DNA of 64,000 nucleotides from Chamaesiphon sp. Lineage in GTDB: Bacteria; Cyanobacteriota; Cyanobacteriia; Cyanobacteriales; Chamaesiphonaceae. Under the pieces are notes generated by a model. That model saw only the letters and a list, made by a program, of their open reading frames with translations. It searched no databases and had not been told where the DNA came from. The translations under genes were made by a program, and so were the position numbers. Location of the stretch: NCBI GenBank assembly GCA_965246715.1, contig CBDFFH010000047.1:64001-128000 (forward strand), written 5' to 3'. Each line of letters starts with the position of its first letter. Position 1 is the first letter of the stretch. This document shows, one piece after another, positions 11,988-22,579 of the stretch.

Positions 11988-12608
11988 ATGGAAAAAGAAC
12001 AACAACAGCGTCGTGGCGGTGCTAGCGGTAGCGGTGGTCGTGACGGTGGCCGCGATGGCGGTCGTGACGGTGGTAATAAAGGCGGTAAAGGCGGTAAAGG
12101 CGGTAAAGATAGAGACAAAGATAAGGATAGCGCTTACCAAGAACGCGTAATTCAAATCCGTCGGGTCAGCAAGGTAGTTAAGGGTGGTAAAAAACTCAGC
12201 TTCCGCGCCATCGTTGTCATCGGTAACGAGAAAGGTGAAGTCGGTGTAGGTGTTGGTAAAGCCAGCGACGTAATCGGCGCAGTCCGTAAAGGCGTAGCCG
12301 ATGGTAAAAAACACCTAATCACTATCCCTTTAACTAAATCTAATACCATTCCGCATCCGATCGTCGGTGGTGGCGGTGGTGCTAACGTGATGATGCGTCC
12401 CGCAGCTCCTGGTACTGGAGTAATTGCTGGTGGTGCTGTGCGTACGGTATTAGAACTCGCTGGAGTCAAAAATATCCTGGCAAAACAACTCGGTTCTGGC
12501 AACCCGCTCAATAATGCCCGTGCCGCAGTCAACGCGCTCAAAACTCTCCGGAGCTTCAGCCAAGTCGCCGAAGATCGCGGCGTAACCGTTGCAAGTCTCT
12601 TCGCCTAA
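11988..12608 (+). CDS. rpsE: 30S ribosomal protein S5 with Gly-rich N-terminal extension
   Basis: [21 protein letters not shown]. Confidence 0.99.
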   Translation: MEKEQQQRRGGASGSGGRDGGRDGGRDGGNKGGKGGKGGKDRDKDKDSAYQERVIQIRRVSKVVKGGKKLSFRAIVVIGNEKGEVGVGVGKASDVIGAVRKGVADGKKHLITIPLTKSNTIPHPIVGGGGGANVMMRPAAPGTGVIAGGAVRTVLELAGVKNILAKQLGSGNPLNNARAAVNALKTLRSFSQVAEDRGVTVASLFA

Positions 12609-12609
12609 A

Positions 12610-12675
12610 AATTCCCCTCCACGGAGGGGTGCCCGATAGGGCTGCTGGTCGGGTGACCCGCCCAGTGGGGTGGGT
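12610..12675. repeat. REP-like repeat ATTCCCCTCC..GGAGGGGTG..GGGGTGGGT (other copies 20851-20893, 21258-21288, 25823-25863, 33085-33126, 38196-38290)
   Basis: Six related GC-rich hairpin copies in both orientations. Confidence 0.75.
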
Positions 12676-12786
12676 CTAACGCTGGCTGTGGGGTTAATCT
12701 CTGCTTAGTGTCAAACCCCCTAGGGTACTCACAAGGGGCACCCCTACAGCCACTATCCACCATCCACTATTTACTATTCACTAAAC

Positions 12787-13230
12787 ATGAGATTAACAGA
12801 TCTAAAACCCAAAGCGGGTTCTAAACACCGCAAACGCCGCGTCGGTCGAGGTATCGCTGCTGGACAAGGTGCGAGTGGCGGTTTTGGGATGCGGGGTCAA
12901 AAATCCCGTTCTGGTAGCCCGACCCGTCCTGGGTTTGAAGGCGGTCAAATGCCCCTCTATCGGCGGTTACCCAAACTCAAGCATTTCCCACTAATCAACC
13001 AAAAAGTTTATACCGTAATTAACGTTCGCTGCTTGGCTGAATTGCCAGCAAATAGCGAAGTTACCCTTCAAACATTGATGGCAGCAGGCATTGTTACTAC
13101 CAATGATGGGCCGTTGAAACTATTAGGTGACGGTGAACTCGCAGTTGCACTCAATTGTAAGGCTGCGGCATTTACAACTGGAGCAAAAACCAAGATTGAA
13201 GCCGCTGGCGGTACTTGTGAAATTATCTAG
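12787..13230 (+). CDS. rplO: 50S ribosomal protein L15
   Basis: [15 protein letters not shown]. Confidence 0.99.
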   Translation: MRLTDLKPKAGSKHRKRRVGRGIAAGQGASGGFGMRGQKSRSGSPTRPGFEGGQMPLYRRLPKLKHFPLINQKVYTVINVRCLAELPANSEVTLQTLMAAGIVTTNDGPLKLLGDGELAVALNCKAAAFTTGAKTKIEAAGGTCEII

Positions 13231-13429
13231 GATGTCTGAATCCCAGAACAATAATCACCAATCAAAAAATTGGAACTACTCCAGTATTGCCGATCGCGCG
13301 ATCGACAGTGCTGGAGTGTTTTTCATCAATACCACGAGCGACAGTAAACTTGTATACTTAAACTCATAAGAGTAATAGTTCTTTATATTTCAGCGTTGAG
13401 ATTAAATAAATTTGTCGAGGTGATTTTAG

Positions 13430-14749
13430 ATGGACGCTAGTAGAGAAAAAGCGCCATCCGCTCAAGAGACATTCGTACAGATGGCTCAGGCGGCTGGTTT
13501 GAGGGGGAGAATTTTAGTAACGCTCGGCTTGCTGATTTTGGCACGCTTGGGGACATTCGTGCCCGTACCGGGGATCGATCGCGTGGCTTTCGGTAAAGAT
13601 CTCGCAAATAGTCCAGCTACGGGCTTTCTAGATATCTTCTCTGGGGGTGCTTTATCCACAGTTGGGATCTTTGCGCTGGGGATCATTCCCTATATCAACG
13701 CTTCGATTATTATTCAGTTGCTGACAACTGCGCTCCCTTCACTCGAAAAACTGCAAAAAGAAGAAGGTGAGGCTGGACGACGGAAGATTTCTCAAATCAC
13801 CCGGTATATTGCTGGTGGTTGGTCGATTGCTTATAGTGTCGGGATTGCCCTTTGGCTCCAAAAGTATGCACTTCCCGGTCATGCAGGGCCATTCTTTGTC
13901 GCGAGTACCATTTTGGCTTTGGCAGCTGGCTCGATGTTTGTGATGTGGATATCAGAACTAATCACCGAACGGGGGATTGGTAACGGTGCTTCATTACTAA
14001 TTTTCCTCAACATCGTTGCTGTTTTCCCCAAATCATTACAAAATACCTTCGACCTCGCACAAAACGATAGTTCGGTACTTACCAAGACAGTAGCATTGCT
14101 AGCAGTGTTTGTAGTGATGACTGTGGGTATCGTCTTTGTTCAAGAAGGCACGCGCCGGATTCCGATCATCTCAGCTCGTCGTCAAGTCGGTCGGAGAATC
14201 CAACGCGAACGGACTAGCTACCTCCCACTTCGGCTCAACCAAGGTGGCGTAATGCCGATTATTTTTGCATCTTCGGTATTAATTCTGCCCAATTTCCTGG
14301 CTACCTCTCTGGGTAAAGGTCCAGTCGGTAATATTGTCAATCAGATTAATAGCTTTCTCGCACCACAAACCCCTGGACACATCGCTTTCTATGTGATCTT
14401 GATTGTTTTCTTTAGCTATTTCTACAGTTCTCTGGTCGTGAACCCCGTCGATATGGCGCAAAATCTCAAGAAAATGGGTGCGAGTATTCCTGGCATTCGC
14501 CCAGGGGTAGCTACGAGTAAATACATCGAAGGGATCCTCACTCGACTCACTTTACTAGGAGCGATCTTTTTAGGAGTCGTCGCTACGGTACCAACCGCGA
14601 TCGAAAGTGCGTTGAACGTGACCACCTTTCGAGGTTTTGGAGCGACTTCACTCTTAATTTTAGTGAGTGTTGCGATCGATACCGCCAAGCAAATTCAAAC
14701 CCTCGTAATTTCGCAACGTTACGAAGGCATGGTCAATAGCAAAGACTAG
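13430..14749 (+). CDS. secY: Preprotein translocase subunit SecY
   Basis: IFALGIIPYINASII, GIGNGASL, IPGIRPG. Confidence 0.99.
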   Translation: MDASREKAPSAQETFVQMAQAAGLRGRILVTLGLLILARLGTFVPVPGIDRVAFGKDLANSPATGFLDIFSGGALSTVGIFALGIIPYINASIIIQLLTTALPSLEKLQKEEGEAGRRKISQITRYIAGGWSIAYSVGIALWLQKYALPGHAGPFFVASTILALAAGSMFVMWISELITERGIGNGASLLIFLNIVAVFPKSLQNTFDLAQNDSSVLTKTVALLAVFVVMTVGIVFVQEGTRRIPIISARRQVGRRIQRERTSYLPLRLNQGGVMPIIFASSVLILPNFLATSLGKGPVGNIVNQINSFLAPQTPGHIAFYVILIVFFSYFYSSLVVNPVDMAQNLKKMGASIPGIRPGVATSKYIEGILTRLTLLGAIFLGVVATVPTAIESALNVTTFRGFGATSLLILVSVAIDTAKQIQTLVISQRYEGMVNSKD

Positions 14750-14875
14750 GTATCGAACAGTGGACAGTGGATAGTGAATATTGGCTAGTGGCTAGTAGTT
14801 AGTGACTAGGGTAATTCAAAATCCCCTTCCACTGACTTAGCTGTTAATTATTTATTCATCCACATATCCACCGCT

Positions 14876-15439
14876 ATGACTAGACTAATTTTTCTCGGTG
14901 CCCCTGGTGCAGGTAAAGGCACACAAGCGCAGATTTTGGCGAAATCTTGCGGGATTCCGCATATTTCTACTGGCGATATTTTACGGGCTGAAGTTAAAGA
15001 CGCGACTGAGTTGGGTCTGCAAGCGAAATCTTTTATGAACAAAGGTGAGTTGGTACCTGACTCGCTGATTTTAGATATGATTCGCGGGCGATTAGCTCAG
15101 TCAGATACCAATACAGGTTGGATTTTAGATGGATTTCCGCGTAATGTCAGTCAAGCTGAATTCTTAGATAAATTACTGGCCGAGATCGGGCAAAATTACG
15201 ATTTTGCGATCGATCTCAATGTTCCCCAAGAAGTTCTAGTTGCACGGCTGTTGGAGCGTGCCAACATTCAAAATCGCCCCGATGACACCGAAGAGGTCAT
15301 CAGACGACGATTGGTGGTATATGACGACCAAACGGCACCACTGATCGATTACTATCAGCAAAAAGGTGTGTTTCGCTCGGTTGATGGCGATCGTGAGTTG
15401 AGTGCAGTCACCAAAGATTTAGAAGCGATCGTCAACTAA
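14876..15439 (+). CDS. adk: Adenylate kinase (short LID)
   Basis: GAPGAGKGTQA, WILDGFPR. Confidence 0.98.
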   Translation: MTRLIFLGAPGAGKGTQAQILAKSCGIPHISTGDILRAEVKDATELGLQAKSFMNKGELVPDSLILDMIRGRLAQSDTNTGWILDGFPRNVSQAEFLDKLLAEIGQNYDFAIDLNVPQEVLVARLLERANIQNRPDDTEEVIRRRLVVYDDQTAPLIDYYQQKGVFRSVDGDRELSAVTKDLEAIVN

Positions 15440-15638
15440 ATAGGTAACGTGCTAATGATATTCGGCAGATTTGTAACTTCCAAACCATTCGCACCGATTC
15501 TCTACCCCCTGTTAAAATAAGAATAGATCTTGTAATTATAGATAAATTCCTGGCATTTGCCATGTTTTCGATCCGAGCGCACTTTAGTCCAACGAGATCG
15601 TTAATTCGTCCATCATCCCAATTTGAGGTAAATAATAC

Positions 15639-15866
15639 TTGTCTAAGCAAGATTTGATTGAAATGGAAGGCACGGTCACAGAATCCTTGCCTAACGCGAT
15701 GTTCCGAGTAGATCTGGATAATGGGTTTAACGTTTTAGCCCATATCTCTGGTAAAATTCGGCGTAACTATATTAAAATTCTTCCTGGCGATCGAGTCAAG
15801 GTCGAACTCACCCCTTACGATCTCAGCAAAGGGCGGATTACCTACCGTCTGCGGAATAAAAAATAA
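15639..15866 (+). CDS. infA: Translation initiation factor IF-1
   Basis: [22 protein letters not shown] start. Confidence 0.98.
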   Translation: MSKQDLIEMEGTVTESLPNAMFRVDLDNGFNVLAHISGKIRRNYIKILPGDRVKVELTPYDLSKGRITYRLRNKK

Positions 15867-16007
15867 CTAGATTACCCCAAATCTAGCCCTAATTTTAGTG
15901 ATTCTCCCACTGGCGGATCGTCCCCCAGTGAAATTGCCGTGAAATTACGGCTAACAAATAGTTGAAAAATGTTATAATATTAAGCTTGCAGTGTTGACAA
16001 AATTGGC

Positions 16008-16121
16008 ATGAAAGTCCGAGCGTCTGTCAAAAAGATTTGTGAAAAGTGTCGCGTGATTCGTCGTCGCGGCAGGGTGATGGTGATTTGTGTCATCCCCAAA
16101 CATAAACAACGTCAAGGTTAG
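16008..16121 (+). CDS. rpmJ: 50S ribosomal protein L36 (below the ORF-track length cutoff)
   Basis: Hand translation [37 protein letters not shown]. Confidence 0.98.
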   Translation: MKVRASVKKICEKCRVIRRRGRVMVICVIPKHKQRQG

Positions 16122-16280
16122 ATGGCTAGTCCAGGTTGCTAGTTAGTCATCAACCCTTCGTACATGGAATGACGATCGAATGCGAAAAGATCGAGCGGGC
16201 GAGTTGCTTCAGTCCCAGACCGAACCTTTTCCTTCGCAATCGTCGCACCGAAAAGAGCAAAGTATAGTGGAGAAACAAGT

Positions 16281-16664
16281 GTGGCACGGATAGCAGGTGT
16301 AGACCTCCCCCGCGACAAGCGAGTGGAAATCGGTCTGACATACATCTTCGGTATCGGCTTAACCCGATCCAAAGAAGTATTAGCAAAAACGGGTGTAAAC
16401 CCCGATACGCGCGTCAAAGATCTTTCGGAAGCAGATGTGGCGCTGTTACGCGAACGCGTAGAAGGCGACTATCAAATTGAAGGTGACTTGCGGCGCTGGG
16501 AATCGATGAATATCAAGCGATTGGTAGACATCGGTTCGTATCGTGGCCGGAGACACCGGATGGGTCTGCCAGTACGCGGACAACGGACGCGGACTAACGC
16601 ACGTACCCGTCGCGGTCGTCGCGCTACCGTCGCTGGGAAGAAGAAAGCTCCCGGCAAGAAATAA
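16281..16664 (+). CDS. rpsM: 30S ribosomal protein S13
   Basis: [15 protein letters not shown]. Confidence 0.99.
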   Translation: MARIAGVDLPRDKRVEIGLTYIFGIGLTRSKEVLAKTGVNPDTRVKDLSEADVALLRERVEGDYQIEGDLRRWESMNIKRLVDIGSYRGRRHRMGLPVRGQRTRTNARTRRGRRATVAGKKKAPGKK

Positions 16665-16948
16665 CATGGTTCGATGGTTGTGGCAACCTGAAAATAGCCA
16701 ATTGGCGATTAGTAGCTCTATGCTTGTCTCCGCGCTACCCAAATTCGGTAGTCCAGCAGGTCGATGTTACTCCTCGCCAATTAGTGTGTCTGAAACTAAA
16801 GTCACAACTACCGATCGCTGCTTGAAGATTGAAGCTCCGGTACCGTTCATCCGGTTTAATCTCATCAAGCGATCGCCGATAATCGAACCCGACCGCAGTG
16901 GATGTTGAAATCGATCACCTCTTGTATAATTTTCAAACTTAGACCGAC

Positions 16949-17344
16949 ATGGCTCGACAACCTAGTAAAAAGACTGGCCCTAAAAAGCAGAAGCGCAACG
17001 TCCCTAGCGGTGTAGCGTATATCCAGTCCACATTCAATAATACGATCGTCACCATTTCCGATACCAATGGCGATACGATCTCCTGGGCATCTAGTGGATC
17101 TAGTGGCTTCAAGGGCGCGAAAAAAGGTACTCCCTTTGCAGCGCAAACCGCAGCTGAAAGTGCCGGAAAACGGGCAATGGATCAGGGAATGCGCCAACTT
17201 GAAGTCATGGTCAGCGGCCCCGGTGCGGGACGGGAAACAGCAATTCGCGCGCTTCAAGGTGCAGGGTTAGAAATTACCCTCATTCGCGATGTTACGCCGA
17301 TTCCCCACAATGGCTGTCGTCCGCCAAAAAGACGCAGAGTCTAG
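16949..17344 (+). CDS. rpsK: 30S ribosomal protein S11
   Basis: [21 protein letters not shown]. Confidence 0.99.
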   Translation: MARQPSKKTGPKKQKRNVPSGVAYIQSTFNNTIVTISDTNGDTISWASSGSSGFKGAKKGTPFAAQTAAESAGKRAMDQGMRQLEVMVSGPGAGRETAIRALQGAGLEITLIRDVTPIPHNGCRPPKRRRV

Positions 17345-17480
17345 AATAATTCAAACTTCAAACTTCAAATTCCCAATTTGAGTTTTGGTGGTTGGGTAGT
17401 TACGCTGACAGGGATGAACAGCTGTAAGGCTGCAATCCAAAATTTAAATGCAAGTACAAACTGGGTAGGGAGGTCACTCT

Positions 17481-18464
17481 GTGGCGCAGTTTCAGATCGA
17501 GTGTGTAGAGTCCAAGACCGAGTCAAATCAAAGTCAATATAGCAAATTCGTACTAGAAGCCCTCGATCGAGGCCAAGGTACGACCATCGGTAACGCTTTA
17601 CGGCGGGTACTGTTGTCCAACTTAGAAGGGACAGCAATCACTGCGGTACGGGTCGCTGGGTTGATTAGAGACGAAAAAACTGGGGTTAGACCCGGTACCG
17701 TCAACCATGAGTTTGCTACCTTAGTCGGCGTGCGGCAGGATGTGTTAGAACTTCTGCTCAACATGAAAGAGGTCAAACTCAAAAGTTACACGTCGCAACC
17801 CCAGATCGGCCGCTTGAATGTCGTCGGGCCAGCTGAAGTCACAACCGCTGATTTCGAGCTACCTTCCGAAGTTGAAGTCGTCGATCCCGGCCAATATGTC
17901 GCCACAGTCGCTGAAGGTGGCAAATTGGAAATGGAATTTAGAATCGAGCGTGGCAAGGGCTATCGATCGGTCGATAAATTCCGCGAACAAGGACTGGCAA
18001 TGGATCTGTTACAGATCGACGCGGTATTTATGCCAGTTACACTGGTTAATTACACTGTCGAAGATGTGCGGATCGATGGCGCAGTCGAAAAAGATCGCCT
18101 GATCCTCGAAATCTGGACGAATGGTAGTCTGACTCCCCAAGAGGCATTAAGCGATTCTGCCAAAATGTTGGTCGATCTGCTCAATCCACTCAAGGACATC
18201 AGCTTGGAATCTTTCCAACCAGATTATCCAGATGAAGAAGATCCGTCCAATCAAATTCCGATCGAGGAATTGAACCTCTCCGTTCGTGCATACAACTGCT
18301 TGAAACGGGCGCAAATCAATTCCGTCTCCGATCTAATGGGTTATACCCAAGAAGATCTCTTGGAAATCAAGAACTTTGGACTCAAATCGGCGGAGGAAGT
18401 AATTGAAGCGCTGGAAAAGCGACTCGGAATCAAACTCCCCCACGATAAATCCGTGAAAGTTTGA
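17481..18464 (+). CDS. rpoA: RNA polymerase alpha subunit
   Basis: GTTIGNALRRVLL, LSVRAYNCLKRA. Confidence 0.99.
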   Translation: MAQFQIECVESKTESNQSQYSKFVLEALDRGQGTTIGNALRRVLLSNLEGTAITAVRVAGLIRDEKTGVRPGTVNHEFATLVGVRQDVLELLLNMKEVKLKSYTSQPQIGRLNVVGPAEVTTADFELPSEVEVVDPGQYVATVAEGGKLEMEFRIERGKGYRSVDKFREQGLAMDLLQIDAVFMPVTLVNYTVEDVRIDGAVEKDRLILEIWTNGSLTPQEALSDSAKMLVDLLNPLKDISLESFQPDYPDEEDPSNQIPIEELNLSVRAYNCLKRAQINSVSDLMGYTQEDLLEIKNFGLKSAEEVIEALEKRLGIKLPHDKSVKV

Positions 18465-18514
18465 TTCTGAAACTCAACCCGTCCATACCGAATTAATACA
18501 ATAGGAGAAATATC

Positions 18515-18865
18515 ATGCGCCACCGCTGTCGCGTGCCCATGCTGGGCAGGCCAGCCGACCAACGCAAAGCTCTGTTACGGTCTTTAACTACCGAACTGAT
18601 CCGCCACGGTCGCATTACAACAACTCTGGTCAAAGCGAAAGCGATGCGCCCAGTAGTTGAGAAAATGGTTACATTGGCTAAATCTGGCACCCTGTCCGAT
18701 CGCCGCCTAGCAATGGGCTATATCTACGATAAAGATTTAGTCCACCTGTTATTCGAGCAAGCGCCCCAACGCTACGCCACTCGTCAAGGTGGTTATACTC
18801 GGGTCGTCCGTACTGTACCCCGTCGGGGCGACAATGCGGAAATGGCAATTATCGAGCTGATGTAG
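18515..18865 (+). CDS. rplQ: 50S ribosomal protein L17
   Basis: [19 protein letters not shown]. Confidence 0.99.
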   Translation: MRHRCRVPMLGRPADQRKALLRSLTTELIRHGRITTTLVKAKAMRPVVEKMVTLAKSGTLSDRRLAMGYIYDKDLVHLLFEQAPQRYATRQGGYTRVVRTVPRRGDNAEMAIIELM

Positions 18866-18904
18866 GCATCGATTCGCAACCTGCGAACTGTTATTTGTGT
18901 AGGA

Positions 18905-19747
18905 ATGGCGACTAAAAACCACAAACTCATAACTAACAACCCGCCGCAACGAATAGCTCTTGTCGTGCAGTATGCAGGTACTCACCTTTACGGCTGGCAA
19001 CGGCAGAGTCGCGGGCGCACAGTGCAATCAGAGATCGAAAGCGCGATCGCGCAGGTCATCGGTCACCCCGTTGTCATTTACGGCGCGGGACGTACCGATA
19101 GCGGCGTTCATGCCGCAGCACAGGTCGCTCACTTCGATAATCCTAGCGTGATTCCTGCCGAAAGGTGGGCAGCGATTCTCAACTCACGGTTGCCGGATGA
19201 TATCCTCATCCGCGCCTCTGCTGAAGTTCCAGAACGCTGGCACGCAAGATTTTCAGCTATCTATCGACGGTATCGGTACACCATCTATACGGCGAAACGA
19301 CCGAATCTGTTCGTCCGCCCTTATTGCTGGCATTACTATCACGAGCCGCTCGAATTAGCCCGAATGCAAGCAGCTGTAGCCCCTTTATTAGGTAAGCATC
19401 ATCTCGCTGCATTCCATCGATCGGATTCCGGTCGATCGCATTCCTGGGTTGACGTTCAAGATGTCGGCTGTCATCAGTCAGGCGAATTTATCCAGATTGA
19501 AATCCAAGCCAATGGCTTTCTCTACGGGATGGTACGACTGCTAGTGGGAATGCTAGTACAGGTAGGAAACGGCGATCTCACAGTTGCCCAATTCACCGAC
19601 ATCTGGCAAACCGAACAACGCGATCGCGTTAGGCATTCTGCTCCAGCTAAAGGGTTATGCTTACTCCGCGTCGGCTATCCAGATTTCCCCTTCGATAAGT
19701 CGATCTGGTACGATACCCAACCTCAATTTTTATTACCAAATAGTTAG
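18905..19747 (+). CDS. truA: tRNA pseudouridine(38-40) synthase
   Basis: AGRTDSGVHA, FLYGMVR. Confidence 0.97.
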   Translation: MATKNHKLITNNPPQRIALVVQYAGTHLYGWQRQSRGRTVQSEIESAIAQVIGHPVVIYGAGRTDSGVHAAAQVAHFDNPSVIPAERWAAILNSRLPDDILIRASAEVPERWHARFSAIYRRYRYTIYTAKRPNLFVRPYCWHYYHEPLELARMQAAVAPLLGKHHLAAFHRSDSGRSHSWVDVQDVGCHQSGEFIQIEIQANGFLYGMVRLLVGMLVQVGNGDLTVAQFTDIWQTEQRDRVRHSAPAKGLCLLRVGYPDFPFDKSIWYDTQPQFLLPNS

Positions 19748-19867
19748 TGGCTAGTGACTAGTGGCTAGTTAAAGAGTGGATAGTTAAATGACTATCAGCA
19801 AATAACTAGAAGCAAATAACAAATAACTGCTAACTGGTAATTGTTAACTGTTAACCGATCTAAAACC

Positions 19868-20317
19868 GTGGAAAAAACACACTTACCTACAGCAAATAAC
19901 AACGATGCCAAGTGGTATGTCGTTGATGCTGCCGACCAACGACTGGGCCGTTTAGCCAGTCAAATTGCCATGATTTTGCGTGGCAAAAACAAACCTACTT
20001 TTACTCCTCACATCGATACTGGCGATTTCGTCATCGTGATCAATGCTGAGAAAGTACAAGTAACCGGCAAAAAAAGCTCTCAGAAGATCTATCGCAGACA
20101 CTCTGGTCGTCCTGGTGGGATGAAAACGGAAGTTTTCGCCAAATTGCAAGTTCGGATCCCAGAGCGGATTATCGAAGTCGCAGTTAAAGGGATGTTACCC
20201 AAAAACTCGATGGGCAGACACCTATTTACCAAGATGAATGTCTACGCAGGTGCAGAGCATCCTCATGCAGCGCAAAAACCGGAAGTTTTAGTCATCGATA
20301 CTATTCCTAAGAACTAA
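19868..20317 (+). CDS. rplM: 50S ribosomal protein L13
   Basis: [20 protein letters not shown] 19868 is the likely start. Confidence 0.98.
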   Translation: MEKTHLPTANNNDAKWYVVDAADQRLGRLASQIAMILRGKNKPTFTPHIDTGDFVIVINAEKVQVTGKKSSQKIYRRHSGRPGGMKTEVFAKLQVRIPERIIEVAVKGMLPKNSMGRHLFTKMNVYAGAEHPHAAQKPEVLVIDTIPKN

Positions 20318-20326
20318 ATAATCATT

Positions 20327-20734
20327 ATGGCAGAAGCAAGTAAAAAAGCAGTTTACTGGGGCACGGGTCGCCGGAAATGCTCGATCGCCCGGGTTCGTCT
20401 CGTTCCTGGTACTGGTAAACTAGTAGTTAACGGCAGAACTGGCGAAGACTACTTCAATTATCAGAGTGGTTATGTCTCCGCAGCGAGATCTCCGCTCGAA
20501 ACTTTAGGTTTAGAAGCTGAGTACGATATCCTCGTTAACGCTCATGGTGGCGGTTTGACTGGACAATCGGATGCTGTTAAATTGGGTGTAGCACGCGCGT
20601 TGATCGAACTCGACCCCAACAACCGCAAACCGCTCAAAGTCGAAGGTTATCTCACTCGCGACCCACGTTGTGTGGAACGGAAGAAGTACGGTTTACACAA
20701 AGCACGGAAGGCTCCTCAGTACTCGAAACGTTAA
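20327..20734 (+). CDS. rpsI: 30S ribosomal protein S9
   Basis: [17 protein letters not shown]. Confidence 0.99.
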   Translation: MAEASKKAVYWGTGRRKCSIARVRLVPGTGKLVVNGRTGEDYFNYQSGYVSAARSPLETLGLEAEYDILVNAHGGGLTGQSDAVKLGVARALIELDPNNRKPLKVEGYLTRDPRCVERKKYGLHKARKAPQYSKR

Positions 20735-20929
20735 GTCGATTTTCGGTTATTGGCTATTGGTAATTGATGCTTGGTTAACGTTCAATCGAGCTTCAAGTAC
20801 TATTTCAGCTTAGAGCCATCAGGATCTTCTAAGGGCACATCTAACCCGTGACCCACCTCGCCCACAAGGGGCACCCTTCCCAGGAGGGGAATTAGTTGAA
20901 ATTGCTAAAATAAATCCTAAACTAAAGTC

Positions 20930-21184
20930 ATGGCAAAAGCTGATATTCATCCTACTTGGTACCCAGAAGCCAAAGTTTATTGCAACGGTGAAGTTGTGAT
21001 GACTGTTGGTTCGACAAAGCCCGAACTACGCGTTGACGTGTGGTCTGGCAACCATCCCTTTTATACTGGGACCCAAAAAATCATCGATACCGAAGGTCGC
21101 GTCGATCGCTTCCTCAAAAAATACGGGATGTTGGATACTACTGCTCCTGCTGAAACTACCGCACCCGTCGAAGAACAGAAATAG
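20930..21184 (+). CDS. rpmE: 50S ribosomal protein L31
   Basis: IHP, HPFYTG, GRVDRF. Confidence 0.98.
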   Translation: MAKADIHPTWYPEAKVYCNGEVVMTVGSTKPELRVDVWSGNHPFYTGTQKIIDTEGRVDRFLKKYGMLDTTAPAETTAPVEEQK

Positions 21185-21196
21185 CGAACCTAATTT

Positions 21197-21242
21197 AAAA
21201 AACCTAGAGGTGCGAACATCAATTTCGTGTCTCTAGGTTTTT
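21197..21242 (+). terminator. Hairpin terminator after rpmE
   Basis: AAAAACCTAGAG...CTCTAGGTTTTT inverted repeat. Confidence 0.6.
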
Positions 21243-21348
21243 CCGCATTTTTTCTTCATTCCCCTCCAGAGAGGGGTAGGGGTGGGTTAGAGTCTCGGGG
21301 GCAATCTATCCACTCAATTAGTACAACCCCCTATTCTCTATAAAAGTC

Positions 21349-22449
21349 ATGGCAGAAAGTTACTTACTCGATAAATTAAGATCCGTCGAACAGACATTTC
21401 ACGAACTTACCCGAAAATTAGGCGATCCGGACATCGCCAGAGATCCGAGCGAGATGCAGCGGATCGGGAAAGCTCGCGCCGCACTCGAAGAAGTTGTCGA
21501 AACCTTTGATACCTGGAAACAAGTCCAAGAAGATATCACCACTACTCGCCAGCTGGTGAAAGATTCCGGAAACGATCTGGAACTGCAAGAAATGGCCACG
21601 ATCGAAGCTGGCGAACTCGAAGCCAAAAGCGACGAACTCGAAAAGAAATTGAAAGTTTTATTATTACCGAAAGATCCGAATGATGAGCGCAACATCATGT
21701 TGGAAATTCGGGCGGGTACTGGTGGTGATGAAGCCGGAATATGGGCAGGCGACTTGGTGAGGATGTATTCCCGCTATGCAGAAACCCAGAAATGGAAAGT
21801 CTTTCTCGTGAGTGAATCGCTCGCAGAAATGGGTGGATTTAAAGAAGCTGTACTAGAGATTACTGGCGATCGAGTGTACAGTCAACTCAAGTTTGAGGCT
21901 GGTGTCCATCGCGTGCAACGAGTACCCTTAACTGAATCTGGCGGACGAGTGCATACTTCTACAGCTACCGTGGCAATTATGCCCGAAGTCGATGAAGTCG
22001 AGATCTTTATCGATCCGAAGGATATCGAAATGAGTACCGCTCGATCGGGTGGTGCTGGCGGACAAAACGTCAACAAAGTAGAAACCGCAGCGGATTTATT
22101 CCACAAGCCAACGGGAATTCGGATTTTCTGTACGGAAGAACGTTCTCAACGGCAGAATAAAGAACGCGCGATGCAAATCTTGCGGGCGAAGTTGTACGAT
22201 ATCAAGTTGCGCGAACAACAAGAAGAAGTAACTTCCATGCGGCGTTCTCAAGTCGGCACTGGCTCGCGATCGGAAAAAATCCGCACCTATAACTATAAAG
22301 ACAACCGCGCCACCGACCATCGCTTGGGGCAAAATTTTGGTTTGGAGAAGGTGCTAACTGGCGATCTGGAGGACGTAATCCAAAGTTGTATCTCACAAGA
22401 TCAACAGGAGCGTTTAGCCGAGCTAGCCGCCTCTACAGGTAGTAACTAA
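21349..22449 (+). CDS. prfA: Peptide chain release factor 1
   Basis: RAGTGGDEA, PxT (PLT), GGQ at 22057-22065. Confidence 0.98.
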   Translation: MAESYLLDKLRSVEQTFHELTRKLGDPDIARDPSEMQRIGKARAALEEVVETFDTWKQVQEDITTTRQLVKDSGNDLELQEMATIEAGELEAKSDELEKKLKVLLLPKDPNDERNIMLEIRAGTGGDEAGIWAGDLVRMYSRYAETQKWKVFLVSESLAEMGGFKEAVLEITGDRVYSQLKFEAGVHRVQRVPLTESGGRVHTSTATVAIMPEVDEVEIFIDPKDIEMSTARSGGAGGQNVNKVETAADLFHKPTGIRIFCTEERSQRQNKERAMQILRAKLYDIKLREQQEEVTSMRRSQVGTGSRSEKIRTYNYKDNRATDHRLGQNFGLEKVLTGDLEDVIQSCISQDQQERLAELAASTGSN

Positions 22450-22579
22450 GCGAAAATTCGATCGTACTTCTTGGTTCATAACTGCTGGTTAGCCAGCGGT
22501 TGAAACCGTAGCTAGTGATGCAAAGTCCGCCTGCGCGGACTAAAAAGAAAAAGTATGTCTCTCGATCGCATTATGAAAT

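Noticed and set aside
13344..13357. GTA-N8-TAC NtcA-like box upstream of secY
   Set aside because: No correctly spaced -10 element, and a 6-base motif is expected by chance
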